A stretch of 63,819 nt of DNA, filler included, from Octopus bimaculoides (GCF_001194135.2; 11 parts of 11 records of this genome joined end to end with filler, not necessarily neighbours in it), one strand, 5' to 3'. Positions 13,983-27,230 are shown, counted from the whole stretch's first letter. Program-made: numbers and translations. The notes: generated by a model not told the origin, from the sequence alone.

Positions 13983-14769
13983 AATGACAACAAAAGATTT
14001 TTTGTTCATCTTTGCTTCAAGACTATTTGAATTTTATAAAGTTGCCATTGAAAATCTTTTGTGTCGTTTGTAAACTGTCATTGGTCAACTGCCATTGATA
14101 GTAAATTGAATATTTCTTCTGGATTGTAAAGGTCTTTTATGTTGTTCTTTGAGTATTAGTTCGAAATAATCAGATTTTACCAGTCTAATAAAAATTATAT
14201 GACCAACCATTTATCTGATGAGTAAATTTCCTGAAACGTGTAAAGAAATATCTTACCATTTCACAAGTTCAGAATTTAGATATGAGTTTCAGTGGCTGCT
14301 ATTTCATTTTACTTCAGTTTACAGCTTACACACCTCACAATGCATCTATGACTCACAATGCATCTATGAATCAATGTGAAAAACACCCATTTTCTTCTCC
14401 CACTACAGCTTTGAGCAGGGGCCGGGGACCTTTTTTAACTAATTACTTCAAAATATATTTATTTACGCTGACATAACCCTTTTATTTGAATGGAAGAAAA
14501 TCATAGACTACAGGAAAGATGTTTTTTTTTTATATAATTTTACTTATGTCTGATGAGTCCTCATCATCCCCCAAAATTTCATTTTTATCTCATGTGGGGT
14601 AATTTACCACGGTTTGCTGACCTCTGGCTTATAGTGTATACTAATTACAAATAGCAAATGGAAAAAAAAACTATCAAAAACTACAATCCAGTAGTTTAAG
14701 GGACTTTAAGGCTATATTCATTAATATTAATTCATTACTTTATATCATTAAAATGATATTTATTTCTTT

Positions 14770-14998
14770 ATTGCCCACATGGGGCTAAATATAGAGTTGA
14801 CAAACAAGGACAGACAAAGGGATTAAGTTGATTACATCTACCCTAGTGCGTAACTGGTACTCATTTAATTGACCCCCAAAAGGATGAAAGGCAAAGTTGA
14901 CCGTGACGGAATTTGAACTCAGAACAAAACAGAACGGCAGATGAAATATCGCTAAGCATTTTGCCCGGTGTGCTAACGATTCTGCCAGCTTGCCACCC
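14770..14998 (-). mobile_element. SINE family A, tail type 1, CpG-decayed
   Basis: Collinear with 25-250, with several CG to TG/CA changes. Confidence 0.8.
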
Positions 14999-17090
14999 TA
15001 TCATTAGAATAATGATGATGATGGACACTGTGTTGTAAGTAGACAAGTTTGTTAAGTTTAGTTTTTTGTGATGAGTAAAGACTTGACAGTTTTGTACTCT
15101 TGCCTGTTACCATGATTCATTAGCTTCTAATCTTTAGCCCATTTAATCTATAAAACAAACCAGGACTTGGCAATGAATGGGCCATGGCATCACATGGGTT
15201 TCCAAAGTTTTCACTAGGCTACCTCAGACCTTTTCTAAAAAATATTTCAAATATAATGGATTTATGTCATAAGCCTGGGATGTACTAAAGAACATCTAAG
15301 AAATCTCCTAAATTATTAATTAGATGGAATTCTTTTTCAATTTCTTTTTAAGAGGTCATTTTTTCCCCATGGCATCTCCTTACTACACACAAATGCCAAG
15401 GTTTCCCTATCATAGGGTGTATTACAAAATCACACCAAAATGACTCAAAAATGCATTGGTATGTAATTAGCCTATTTATTTTTATTTTTCATAGAATTCC
15501 TAAAGATCTTTCCCATAAGATTCTGAGGAACCTTGGTTGAGAAGTGTTTCTGTAGTATCTTCTTTGTTGGCTCCCATTTTTATCATGTGCTCTGTGGTCT
15601 TTGTGACACTTATGTTGTCTGTTTTGAGAAGTATTTTCCAGAAGGGGTTATGAATCAATGATGGTATGGATCTGTGGATTGCTACATGGCACTGGAAATT
15701 AGTTTGAAAACATGTTAAGCAACATGATGTAATCTCCATACTTGGCCTGTTATCATGAATTACATGTGTCTTCTGCATATTACTCTCTTCCCCAAAGCAT
15801 ATACATACACACTCGTTCATATATGCAAAATATATCTGCACTCAAGCATGCACGGCTGTATGTTTCTGCGTTTTCACATCATGAAACAACATAATTATTC
15901 CTTATGCATGCACTTAAAAAAAATAACGGTATATTTTGGTTGCAGGATAAACTAATTTTCTGCTGAAGTTCAATCTCATTAGCAATGTAAATTACTCTTT
16001 ATTTTTCGTTTCTTCCATCTTAACATTATATAAATGCAAAGTGAAAGTAGCATTTTACTTTCACATATTTTGAATCTCTTCTCAAAGCTTATTTCTGTAA
16101 CAAAATGAAATAGTAATGCAATTTATTTACATAAGTTCAATATGATAAATATCACTTGTTATGAAGCACAACAACAGCAACAACAACTAGGCCAAAACAA
16201 CCATTCTAAATTTGAAATATAAGGCAAGACATTATGTTGTAACTATTCTTTACTGCTTTACTGAGGAAATAATTTCTAAACTGTTCTCAGTAAAGAGTGC
16301 TGCTGTGTAAAAGCTTTTAGTTTCCACTTTTATTCGTTAGGTACCCCTATGAAATCTTCTTGGAATGTCCTTTTGATAATACCTAGTTTCTCATGAGGCA
16401 AAAAAAAAACAAAAAAAAACAAAAAAACTTGTAGTTTCTCATGTGCAAAACAAAAAAAAAAAGCCCAAAAAGCCTGTAGAGTTAGTAACATAATTTGATT
16501 ATTTTGTTGTATTGTTTTCAATTTTTCATCATAACATTACAGAATGATTTAAGTTCAGACAAAACAAAAATATTATTCAAGTATTAGAAAGGAAAATTTA
16601 TATCAACTCTTATATTATGTTTCATATATTTTCCTGTTTCTTTTCTGTTGTGTGTGGATGTGTATGTGTGTGTGTGTGTCTGTGCGTGTGTGTATTTGTT
16701 TGTTTGGTGGTTGTTTAATTGTCATTCAAACTTCTTAGGAATAATGATCTTCTTAAGTCACTTGGCAAAGCTTTGATGAAAATTTTAACATTTTATAGAA
16801 TTTGAATAAATCTGTGCACTTTTATTTCTTAACAAAACAAACAAAAACAACAAACTTGTACAGTCATTTTTTTTTTTTNNNNNNNNNNNNNNNNNNNNNN
16901 NNNNNNNNNNNNNNNNNNNNNNTTAATTAATTAANNNNNNNNNNNNNNNNNNNNNNNNNNNNNNNNNNNNNNNNNNNNTATATATATATATACATATATA
17001 TATACATATGTATATATATATATATATTCACGGTGGTGCACCAGCATGACCGCAGCCACTTGGCTGAAACACATAAATAAAAATAAATAA

Positions 17091-17131
<41 letters not shown>

Positions 17132-18187
17132 TATACATGTGTGTGTGTGTGTGCTCGAAATGCGGAGTAGACAGACAGCCGACAACTGATGGAGGGTCCT
17201 TCCGCTGTGTTTACTTGTCCTGTTTTCCATATTTTTCTCGTTGTTTACGTATTTCACTCGTTTTTCACTCGTTTGTTTACGTATTTCATGTTACTTGCAC
17301 TATCGGTGACCACCTGTACCCCTATATGCACGTATATATTATTCATTATATATGTATATATACACATGTATATATACATACATATATGTTTGTGTGTGTT
17401 TTACTCGTGTGTAAGAAACACTATTTTATGCTTTAATTTTAATTGAATAAACTTGAATGCAACTATATCTACATATATGTTAATATATGCGTTTTACTCC
17501 ATTCACTAAATTTATATATACTCAAGTACCCAAAATATCAAGGAGTTTCTACCTCATAAACAGGAGTTACACCACAGTCATTTTGTGATCTTTGCTACCC
17601 TGGTATCTATTAACCAATTTGTTTTGTCCGAGTTATTTGTTAATTAGGAGAAAATAAATACATATAATAAAATAATATATATATATGAATATATATATAT
17701 TACGGAGAGATGTACTTGCATAGCAAGTGACCTGATCTGAGATCGTGTGCTGGAACGAAAATAATTGCAGCGTGGAAGGTGTTTATAAGCCATTTCACTT
17801 CAACATTTAAATTTAATTTGTCANNNNNNNNNNNNNNNNNNNNNNNNNNNNNNNNNNNNNNNNNNNNNNNNNNNNNNNNNNNNNNNNNNNNNNNNNNNNN
17901 NNNNNNNNNNNNNNNNNNNNNNNNNNNNNNNNNNNNNNNNNNNNNNNNNNNNNNNNNNNNNNNNNNNNNNNNNNNNNNNNNNNNNNNNNNNNATATATAT
18001 ATATATATAATATAATATAATGTAATATAATATAATATTTTTGTACAGTATCCATAATTGTTTGTTTACCTGCGACATTATACTCAAGCAACGAAAGGTA
18101 AAAAAAAAAATGAAAAGACGTTTAGCAAAAGAAAGAAAAAACTGTAAATAATAAATAATGTAAATAATAATAGATATGTGAACTCAC

Positions 18188-18227
18188 CATAGTGCAGCAA
18201 GAGCAACGTAAACACCGTCTTTATCAT
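18188..18227 (-). CDS. Signal-peptide coding exon part MIKTVFTLLLLHY(G|); full exon about 18398-18188
   Basis: ATG at 18227, K then a hydrophobic core, perfect donor G|GTGAGT at 18187 (phase 1), polypyrimidine acceptor ttctctctctcttctcggcttag| before 18398. Confidence 0.55.
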
Positions 18228-18839
18228 GTTGAGAAAAATGTTGTTTCCTATAGACCGTGTTGCTTAAATTTTGGCAGATCTTCAAATAATCAATTGATAT
18301 AGCGTTTAGCCTTTATAAGCAATGCTGGTCTGTTGTGGCCTGCATTTGATTTTGAAGAAATAAGGACTGCTCTGTCTGTAGTGTCTCACTTTAAACGTCT
18401 AAGCCGAGAAGAGAGAGAGAAAAAGAAGAAAAGAAGCTGTGACAGAGTGGGCGTAAGAGAGGGATTGAGATAGAGAGGGAGAGAGAGTGAGCGATGGAGA
18501 GAGGGGAAAAGTGGGGGGTATAGTGAGAGGAGAGACAGTAGGTAATTTTGTTCAACTTAATAGTTACGAAATGTTTTAAGTTGACAGTAACGTGTGTTTG
18601 GAAGTATGGAGAAATAGTTGACAGATTTATTTCAAAATATACATTTGGATAAGTCCTTTATAGCTCTGACTGACAACGACACTTCATCACCTCTTCAATA
18701 ACTTTCCTTGGTGTTGAGTTTTTTGTTCTGTTTTGATTTTTTCTTAATATTAAGGAGAGATTTGGTAAAGACGGAGATGGATAGATAGAGAGTTAGACAA
18801 ATAAACGGAGATATAGAAAGACTGAGAGACGAAACACTG

Positions 18840-18870
18840 ACAGATGAACAGATGGATTAGACAGACAGGC

Positions 18871-18969
<99 letters not shown>

Positions 18970-18970
18970 C

Positions 18971-19016
<46 letters not shown>

Positions 19017-19055
19017 AGTTGTTTTAAAAGACAATACTTCTAAATAATAATATTT

Positions 19056-19125
<70 letters not shown>
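18840..19125. repeat. Compound (GACA)n/(GATA)n microsatellite, representative of dozens of (AT)n, (AC)n, (ATGT)n, (AAT)n and (AG)n arrays
   Basis: Direct inspection. Confidence 0.95.
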
Positions 19126-19791
19126 GATGTGTGTGTGTGTGTATTGAGTTCGCGAACTGATTCCAGGAAACTTTTTCCAAACTTTGAAATCAGAATTATA
19201 TAGTGTCTGTTGGAATCGCCATCACCAACTTTGTTTTGGTTCGGTTATTCGTCCGGATCCGATGGTTAGCAAGCAAAATATTCTGTCGTGTTCTCACGCC
19301 AAGGAGTACCCTCTGCAGAAAGAAGCCATGGCGTTTTACTGCCGTACTTTCAGTTGTTACAGGTTTAGCAGTTGTAGTTAATGTTTGGGGTGGGAAAAGA
19401 GAGGCTATTTCCGTCACCAACGACCCAGACCGAAAGCAATGTCTAAACGCGAGAAAAATCGGAATAAATTTTAGAATATAAATACAAATAAAGAACTGTT
19501 TTTTTCTACAAATTACACTTCGAGACTGTTTTCGGAACTTGAAAAACAAAATTTTTTCCCTGTTTGTCTCGATGTGTATGTGAATGCGTGTGTGTTTGTG
19601 TGTCTGTAGGTCTGTGTCTCTGCGTGCATGAATGTGTGCATACGCGCACGTCTTTGCGTGTAAATGTATTTTAATTAGCACGTTATCTCTCTGTGTTCGT
19701 TCACCACTGATGACAATCGCCACTTCACCTCCTCCTCCTCCTCGTTTTTTTTTCTTTTTACAGTAATCTACCTGTTTTCTTTATGCCTCAC

Positions 19792-19990
19792 CTTTCTACC
19801 CCACCATCGCCACCACCAACAACAAGTTAACCAGCACTTTTCGCCAAATAACCGAAATACAAATTCACAACAGAATTACTCGCTGTAAACAAGGTGAGAG
19901 CGGCAGCGGCGGCGGCGGTGGTGGTGGAGTTGGTGGTGAACGAAGGCGGGTGTGACGTCAGACAGACAGGCGTGTGTAGGACCTTCGACT
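19792..19990 (-). promoter_or_regulatory. Candidate CpG-rich promoter and non-coding first exon for the signal-peptide gene
   Basis: Perfect CRE TGACGTCA at 19953-19960, GGCGGG at 19945-19950, GGC repeats, and a minus-strand donor AAG|GTGAGG at 19791. Confidence 0.35.
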
Positions 19991-20295
19991 TTTAAGTTCA
20001 TTTGAAATCACTTAATGTCTCTAAAACAACGTATTTACGTAAATTATATTTCTGTAGAAGAATGACGATGGGGTATTTTTAGAAATTAATCTCTGGCGTG
20101 AAATGTGAAATTACTGGGAATTGAAACCGCATACATAATTGAACCGTTACAACGACTTTTTTTTTATTTAGTTTTTCCTTATTTTTTTTCTTTTGTTTTC
20201 ATGTTATTTCTCCTATTTAACCTAAAATACTAAGATTACAGCCACATTTCATTTGAATTCTACATTCTCCAGTGACGAATAATAATAATGATAAT

Positions 20296-20743
20296 CCTTT
20301 CTACTATAGGCACAAAGCCTGTAAAATGGTGGGAGGGATTATGTCGATTACATCAAGCCCTGTACTCAACTGGTACTTATTTTATCGACCCCGAAAGGAT
20401 GAAAGGCAAAGTCGACCTCGGCGGAATTTGAACTCGGAACGTAAAGATAGATAAAGTACCGCTGAGCATTTCGCCCGGCGTGCTAACGATTCTGCCAGCT
20501 CTCCGCCTTGATAATGATAATAATAATCATTTCTACTATAGGCACAAGGCCTGAAATTTAGGGAAGGGAAACCAGTCGATTAGATCGACCCTAGTAGGCA
20601 ACTGGTACCTAATTTATCGACCCCGAAAGGATGAAAGGCAAAGTCGACCTCGGCGGAATTTGAACTTAGAACGTAGCGGTAGACCAAAAATGCCGCTAAG
20701 CATTTCACCCGGCGTGCTAATGATTCTGCCAGCTCGCTGCCTT
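20296..20743 (-). mobile_element. Two adjacent SINE family A copies, tail type 2
   Basis: Copies at about 20296-20508 and 20528-20743, separated by (TAA)n. Confidence 0.85.
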
Positions 20744-20744
20744 A

Positions 20745-20828
<84 letters not shown>

Positions 20829-20994
20829 GTGGTGGTGGACTCTCCCCGTCCAAGACGACGTATAAGCGTTCAGCTTTTGCCGAACGACCTGCACAAGGGA
20901 TTCGTTTATAGTGATCAAATGTAAGTGCCGTACATTAGTTCACCCTCCCCATCAAATCTACGTTGCCTGACTAGGTGCACGTTGTGCCACGCGT

Positions 20995-21133
20995 CAGGTG
21001 TCAAAGTGATCGTAGAGCAAAGTGGGATGGCGTGTTTTGCTCAAAGACACAAACGCACAACCCGGACTAGGAATTGAAACCACGATCTCGCGATCATGAG
21101 TACAATATCCTAACCACTAGGTCATGCGCCCTC
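20995..21133 (-). mobile_element. tRNA-derived SINE (family D), 5' part
   Basis: Reverse complement begins gagggcgcatgacctagtggttagg...gtttcaattcc (A and B boxes). Confidence 0.6.
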
Positions 21134-21398
21134 ACTAATAATAATAATTTCTACTGGAGGCACAAAGCCTCAAATTTGTNNNNNNNNNNNNNNNNNNNNN
21201 NNNNNNNNNNNNNNNNNNNNNNNNNNNNNNNNNNNNNNNNNNNNNNNNNNNNNNNNNNNNNNNNNNNNGGGGGGGGGGGGACTGTCACAATTGAGGCCAA
21301 TGACAGAAATTTAGGAAATTTAAGAATTAAGGAGGCTTTTCTCATAGACAGACTAAGGACCCAAATCAACAACAGGTTGGAAATTATCAATCACTATA

Positions 21399-21611
21399 CA
21401 GGGTGGCCACTATACAGGGTGGTTTATAGTTAGTCAACTATCTCTTTCGCTTTCATATATTAACTGTTTAGATCTTAATTATTAAAAAAATATGAAACCA
21501 TTATTTTATGCTAATTTAATTGTAAGATAGAAATTTAAATGTAATAAAATGTTTTAAAAGTAATTTAAAGTGCCTACGTGATAGCTGTAACCTTACCTTT
21601 GGGCCACCCTG
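21399..21611. mobile_element. Tc1/mariner-type MITE
   Basis: TA-CAGGGTGGCC ... GGCCACCCTG-TA: 10-bp TIR and TA TSD. Confidence 0.65.
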
Positions 21612-22704
21612 TATTATTTAACTACATCGACACCCTGCACGCACGATGGTAACATACTCATGTAAAAGGGGAAAAAAATGCGCGTATAATACATAACTTG
21701 GAAGAAGCGCTGCGGATATGCCAACACACACGAGCTCGAGACATGACCGACCTTATGCACTTGACATGAGGAATTCCGGAAGGGACTTCGTGAGACCACT
21801 GCAGAGGCGCTTCCGACAAATTTCAGTAACAGTTGGAAAACCGATTATAACAGTGACTCCATTACTTCCTAGCAATATTTGAAGAAGGAATTTTAATATT
21901 CCGAAATGTTATATTTGACTATGAATAATTAAATTATTTATAACAGCTATTATAGTCCACTCTACATTGTTGTGTCATTCAAGATACGTTACATTTCACA
22001 CACACACGCACACACACACACATACTATAACCTCAGGCTGACCAAAGCCATGTGAGTGGATTTCGTACACGGAAACTGAAAGAAGTCTGTCGTATATATG
22101 TGTATATTTGTGTGTATGTATGTGTGTGTGTGTGTGTACTCCCAACATCGCTTGACAACTGATGTTGCTGTGTTTACGTCCCCGTAACTTGCGATTCGGC
22201 AAAAGACTCCAATAGAACAAGTACTAGGCTTACAAAGAATGAATACTGGGGTCGATTTGTTTGACTAAATGCAGTGCTCCAGCATGGCCGCAGTCACATG
22301 ACTGAAACAAGTAAAACAATAAAAAGAACTATGCCCGTTTTAATCCCATGCAACGCCGGGTATATCCGCTAGTTAAGAATAAATTTTGGTCGGTCACCTG
22401 TTTGGTAGCAAGGTTGTGACTCGAAGCAATTTGTTTTGTTCACTGTCATTTAATTCTTAAAAAGGTCTTGCAGATTTTTATGGTACCGAATATGGTGACC
22501 ATTTATAGTCTTTGAATTAAGGAGTTTATGTTCTCTCCCCAAAGAACCCAAGTCCGGCCATACTTTAGTTAGGTGGTGGGTGACAAATACTGGATCCTAA
22601 TGCTTTAATAATTACATATAGTCAATTGTTTTTGTTTGTTTTTTGAGGGGAGGGGTCCTTTTTTAAATACTGAATTGGTTCTACATTTGGGAGTCGGATA
22701 AAAA

Positions 22705-23487
22705 TGCCTAGCGGTGTTCAGTTGACAAGTCCCTTAACCCCTTGGGGGTCGCTGGGGCACTGCAGCCATTCAGCGTATCTTGGGTGAGAAAGCCTGGTGG
22801 GTGGGGGGGGCCCATCCCTCTCCAGGCTACACTCATTTCTACAGCTGAGTGAACTGGAGCAACGTGAAATGAAGTGTTTTGCTCAAGAACATGTAGTAGT
22901 CTATGTAGCTAAATAATTAAATGATCTCTCTTGCAAGAAGGTTTATAGAGTAACCTCCCTTTACTAAGTTTATCGAAGCATCTGTGTCATGAGACGCGAT
23001 TCTTAATTATTCAAGAAGCTTAGCGCTTCTCTTGGACGTTTCTAGAATGTCTAGCGTTCCATTGATAAAAACAGCTTGCTAACCCTGCTCTTTGCTTCAT
23101 AGTCGATTAGACTTAGAACCATTCACGTCATTGCTATATCCGTCTATTTCTCTATGCCACATGACATAAAGCCACCACTTAGCTGTTATTTATACATTTC
23201 CTGTTTCTGTACTTTCTTGCATAGATTACTTCCTTCAACTAGATTCTACATTTTGATTATGTATCATTATCGACCAGTAAATAAAATATATTTTTATGTA
23301 GTAAATATATAGTTCTTAAATTTATTCTTCTTCTCTGTAAGAACTCTTGTAATAAGATACACGCAGCCATGTCAACACCTGATACTGAATATATATTCCC
23401 GCTACAAACACAACGCATCGTCCGGTCCAGAAACCACAATCTTACGGTCATGAGACCAACTCCCTAACCACTAAGCCACGTGCCTCT
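22705..23487 (-). mobile_element. tRNA-derived SINE (family D) split by the solo LTR
   Basis: tRNA-like head at 23410-23487 and body at 22705-22891; homologous to the uninterrupted copy at about 20995-21133. Confidence 0.65.
22892..23406 (+). mobile_element. Solo LTR, 515 bp, inserted into a SINE
   Basis: TGTAG...CTACA termini, 4-bp TSD AACA (22888-22891 and 23407-23410), AATAAA at 23280-23285. The flanks rejoin into a continuous SINE sequence. Confidence 0.75.
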
Positions 23488-23657
23488 AAAATGCTTAGTT
23501 ACATTATTTATAATTCTGAGTTCAAATCCCGTCGTAATCGACTTCGACTGTCATTTTTCCGAGGTCGATAAAATAAAATGCCATTCGAGTACAGGAGCCA
23601 ATTTATATTCCGGCAAGGCAGCCTTGATGCGAATGGAATTATAGCAGAAAAGAAAAA

Positions 23658-23875
23658 AAGGCGACGAGCTGGCAGAAACGTTAGCACGCCGGGCGAAATG
23701 CTTAGCGGGATTTCGTCTGTCTTTACCTTCTGAGTTCAAATTTCGCCGAGATCGACTTTGCCTTTCATCCCTTTCGGGGTCGATAAATTAAGTACCAGTT
23801 ACGTACTGGGGTCGTTCTAATCGACTGGTCCCCTCCCCCAAAATTTCGGGCCTTGTGCCAAGAGTTGAAAAGAAT
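23658..23875 (+). mobile_element. SINE family A, tail type 2
   Basis: Near-consensus copy. Further copies at about 7366-7572, 29235-29420, 31070-31280, 34133-34250, 38475-38620, 41765-41975, 42670-42872, 59635-59770 and 60432-60550. Confidence 0.85.
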
Positions 23876-25668
23876 ATAAGCCACGTCTGCTAATTGACCG
23901 GCTTTTGGTGTATTACTTGACGTGCTTTCCACCGAATGTCTTTTCGCTGTTTATTCCTCATCGTAACATCTGCAAGTAATTTAAGGCGGAATAACAAGCA
24001 AAGACATCATGACACGTTCTTGGAATCTGGTAAAAACTCTTAACTGAAATTAATCTTTGACAAATTGCGTTAAAAAGCTTTTAGCAGCGAATGCAAACTT
24101 ACGAATAGTACAACTTCTTTTCATTTTCTTTTTTTTTTTCTTCTTCTTTTTCTTATTCTCGCAACTATACAAAGGCTTGAGATTTGGGGGAGGGGTAAAT
24201 CTATGTCATGAACTCCAGGACTTTATTGATCCTATTTTATTTTATCGACCTCGAAAGGATGAGAACTGTGTTAATTTAAATAAGTAGTTATGACTATTTA
24301 TTATAACACTGTGTGACAAAACTTTTATTTTATTTTATTTTATTTTTTCTTTTGCCTTTGATCATTAAATGTTATTTTTTTTATTTGAAGTCAAAGAAAT
24401 CAGAGGAAATGACTACTATTCCATTCAAACATTGCTTTTGTGACCTGGACATCAATGTTTTGAAACTGACCTATATTTCCATTACATTTCAGACAGATTC
24501 AGCGCTGAGTTGCTGAAGCAGAAATATTGTTATAGCAAATATTCTGCTCAATACCACAGATTTAAACGTCAGTTGCTTGACCTTAACCACTTGAGCGTGT
24601 CCCTTAGTGGCTGACAATATATGCATCTTTGATCATGAACAAGAGTAGTGGAGGAGCATTATAGCCATGTGTTACGAGGGGTTCTTTGAAGCTTGAACAA
24701 ATATAACACACGCAAAGTCTCAAGGAAATATTAGCCATTTTTCATACTTTCTAGGAGCCAGCAAATAGGAAATATCAGTTGCTACCCAAGGACCTCCATA
24801 CATATTGTTTAATGCCAAGGAAGTTGCCACATTCATACTATATTGTGGTAGGACTTTGTCTTGCTTCAAAAAGAGCAAATGCATCTTAGGCGATCATTTT
24901 ATCTTTTGAGGGAAGTGTATAGTGTTAGTGGGTTAAAGTTAAAAGCTATATTTTGAGATTTTATTTGATTGGTCGGTTTTGAATATTTGTGAATATACCC
25001 TGTGCAAAATATCATAATTAGTAAACAGATAAATAGAAAAATAAATAAATAAAATGAAAAATGTATGAAAATATAATAAACATAATAATGATTCAAAATG
25101 ACAGTGAGAACATCAAAACATAAAATAATGTGAAATAAAATAAGAATAAAAAGTAATATAAAATTGAAGTACAATAAATTAAAACGAAACTAAAGTCTAT
25201 GGATGATTCTTAATGGTTTAGTGAGAGAAACATATGCGACATGAACATGATAGAGGATGGATAGAAATTTGAAAAATAGCCGTTGTAATGTATGACAAAT
25301 GGGACTTATTTTATCGATTGTTATTGATTAGGGTATGAAAGGGCATATTTAAATGCACCTTAGAGATTAACGAGATTAGTGTAGGAAATGTTGAGTACAT
25401 AGTGGCGCATATGTGATTTAATCGAGCATACGTGTGCAAAAATAAATATGCATACGAACACATATATCTGCGTACATAGATGCATGTGTAGAGATAAACA
25501 TAAATATAAACATAAACACATGCATTCACATGCATAAGATATATGCAGGCATATGTTTACGGATGCACAAAACACACGTATAGAGATAAGGATGCCAATA
25601 AGATGGCATGGGTAAATTTAGAAACCTTTATATATCGAAACATACTTTTCGTTAAAGGTTAAAGTATG

Positions 25669-25711
<43 letters not shown>

Positions 25712-25956
25712 ACAGTTTCCGTCTACCAAATCCACTCACAGGGCCTTGGTCGGCCCGAGGCTATAGTAGAAGACACTTGCCCAAGATGCCACGCAGTGGG
25801 ACGGAACCCGGAACCTGGTAAGTCAGCTACTTACCACACAGCCACTCCTGTGCCTANNNNNNNNNNNNNNNNNNNNNNNNNNNNNNNNNNNNNNNNNNNN
25901 TTAATTAATTAANNNNNNNNNNNNNNNNNNNNNNNNNNNNNNNNNNNNNNNNNNNN

Positions 25957-26021
<65 letters not shown>

Positions 26022-26682
26022 CGTGCGTGCTTTCGTGCGTGTACAGAAAATGCAGGATCAGAAGATGTCTCAGGCTAAGGTATTTTCTGATTTCAAAACC
26101 GAAAAACTAACCTGTCTTTTCTGCTTTCGACACTATTTTTTAATTTGGTGATTACTGTTTCTCGTGCCATAGGATATTTAACGCTTTCTTTGAGGGGCTT
26201 GTTTATATCATCCAAAGAATTTTGATGATCATGATGATTGTGATGGTGGCAGTGTTTAGTGCTAGGTACACAACTTCAATAGAAAGCCGTTCACATCCAA
26301 AGCCGTTCACTTCTTTACTAATACAAACGTGTTGCTGTATTGCAATATCCTTAGCATTCAGCGACATTCTTTTCTGTAGTATTTACTGAAAGTTTCAGAA
26401 GTTGCATTCTGTCTGTGTTCAACTTCACTTTAGCCACTCTGCTTTTGGTAAAACAGTGTGAAACTATTTTGGTATAGCGTTTCTGTAAAAGAGTAAAGAG
26501 TATATATATATATATATACAAAGTTAGATAGTTGAACACTTAGAAGCAGTTCGCATGGTCCAGCATTAAGTATAGTTTAGTTTCACATGGCAATTGTAGT
26601 TTATATTAATGAAACCACCTAATTTATTATTGTGATGCCCCTTGTTCTAAGATTTACATATTTTGATTCGGTTACTTTTCAG

Positions 26683-26988
26683 CGAGATCTTTCATGAAAA
26701 GTCTGGACATTGTTAACCCACCTATTGAAGTAGACAAGACACTGGTCTTCAGATGTGCAGCATATGTCACTGAACTTTATGGTTATAGTAACTTTCTATG
26801 GTTTGAAAGAAAACTTCGTGATACTCGTATACATATGAATACAGTAGAAGCTCAACGTCATTTCGAGTGTTTAATTCCAGTAGTGTCATTTCATAGGTAC
26901 ACTGTAAAACACAAGGACGTCGGTTTCACAAACATCACATGTTTTCTGAACGGTGAAACACTCACTAAACTACTCATCAAACAGGCAG
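26683..26988 (+). CDS. Ig-like domain exon (C2/CD80-like) of a small GPI-anchored protein
   Basis: Acceptor gttacttttcag|, donor |gtaagc, 306 nt, phase 1-1. Peptide has the B-strand Cys (LVFRC), Trp 15 residues later (FLWF), and F-strand KDVGFTNITC with Cys-Cys spacing 62 and an N-glycosylation sequon (NIT). Confidence 0.7.
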
Positions 26989-27053
26989 GTAAGCAAGTTT
27001 TCTTTGTGTTGCCTTCCTTAAAGCTTTTACTTTTTGTTATTGTTGCTGCTGCA

Positions 27054-27230
27054 GTGAGAGAAAGTTGTGTTGGAAGAGTACAGCAGGGTCCGCCACCATC
27101 CCCTGCCGCAGCCTCGTGGAGCTTTAGGTGTTTTTCGCTCAATAAACACTCACAACGCCTGGCCTGGGAATCAAAACCACAATCCTATGACCGCGAGTCC
27201 GCTGCCCTAACCACTGAGCCATTGCGCCTC
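27054..27230 (-). mobile_element. SINE family C, 5' half, in the intron after the Ig exon
   Basis: Nearly identical to 33953-34130. It creates the false extension of ORF 26694-27263. Confidence 0.85.

Noticed and set aside
14215-14243. Hammerhead-like CTGATGA...GAAACGTGTA
   Set aside because: Stems I and II do not pair convincingly; at best a decayed copy.
15500-15841. 113-aa minus ORF ending ...TTETLLNQGSSESYGKDL*
   Set aside because: No recognisable domain, and its acceptor is phase 0, so it cannot join the phase-1 signal exon.
24755-24910. Plus-strand phase-1 segment with PP...T...C resembling a second Ig exon
   Set aside because: Stop at codon 5, no Trp or second Cys pattern, and it lies in the piece of doubtful orientation.
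26351-26500. Strong minus-strand acceptor ctcttttacag upstream of the Ig exon
   Set aside because: All frames close quickly and I saw no matching donor.
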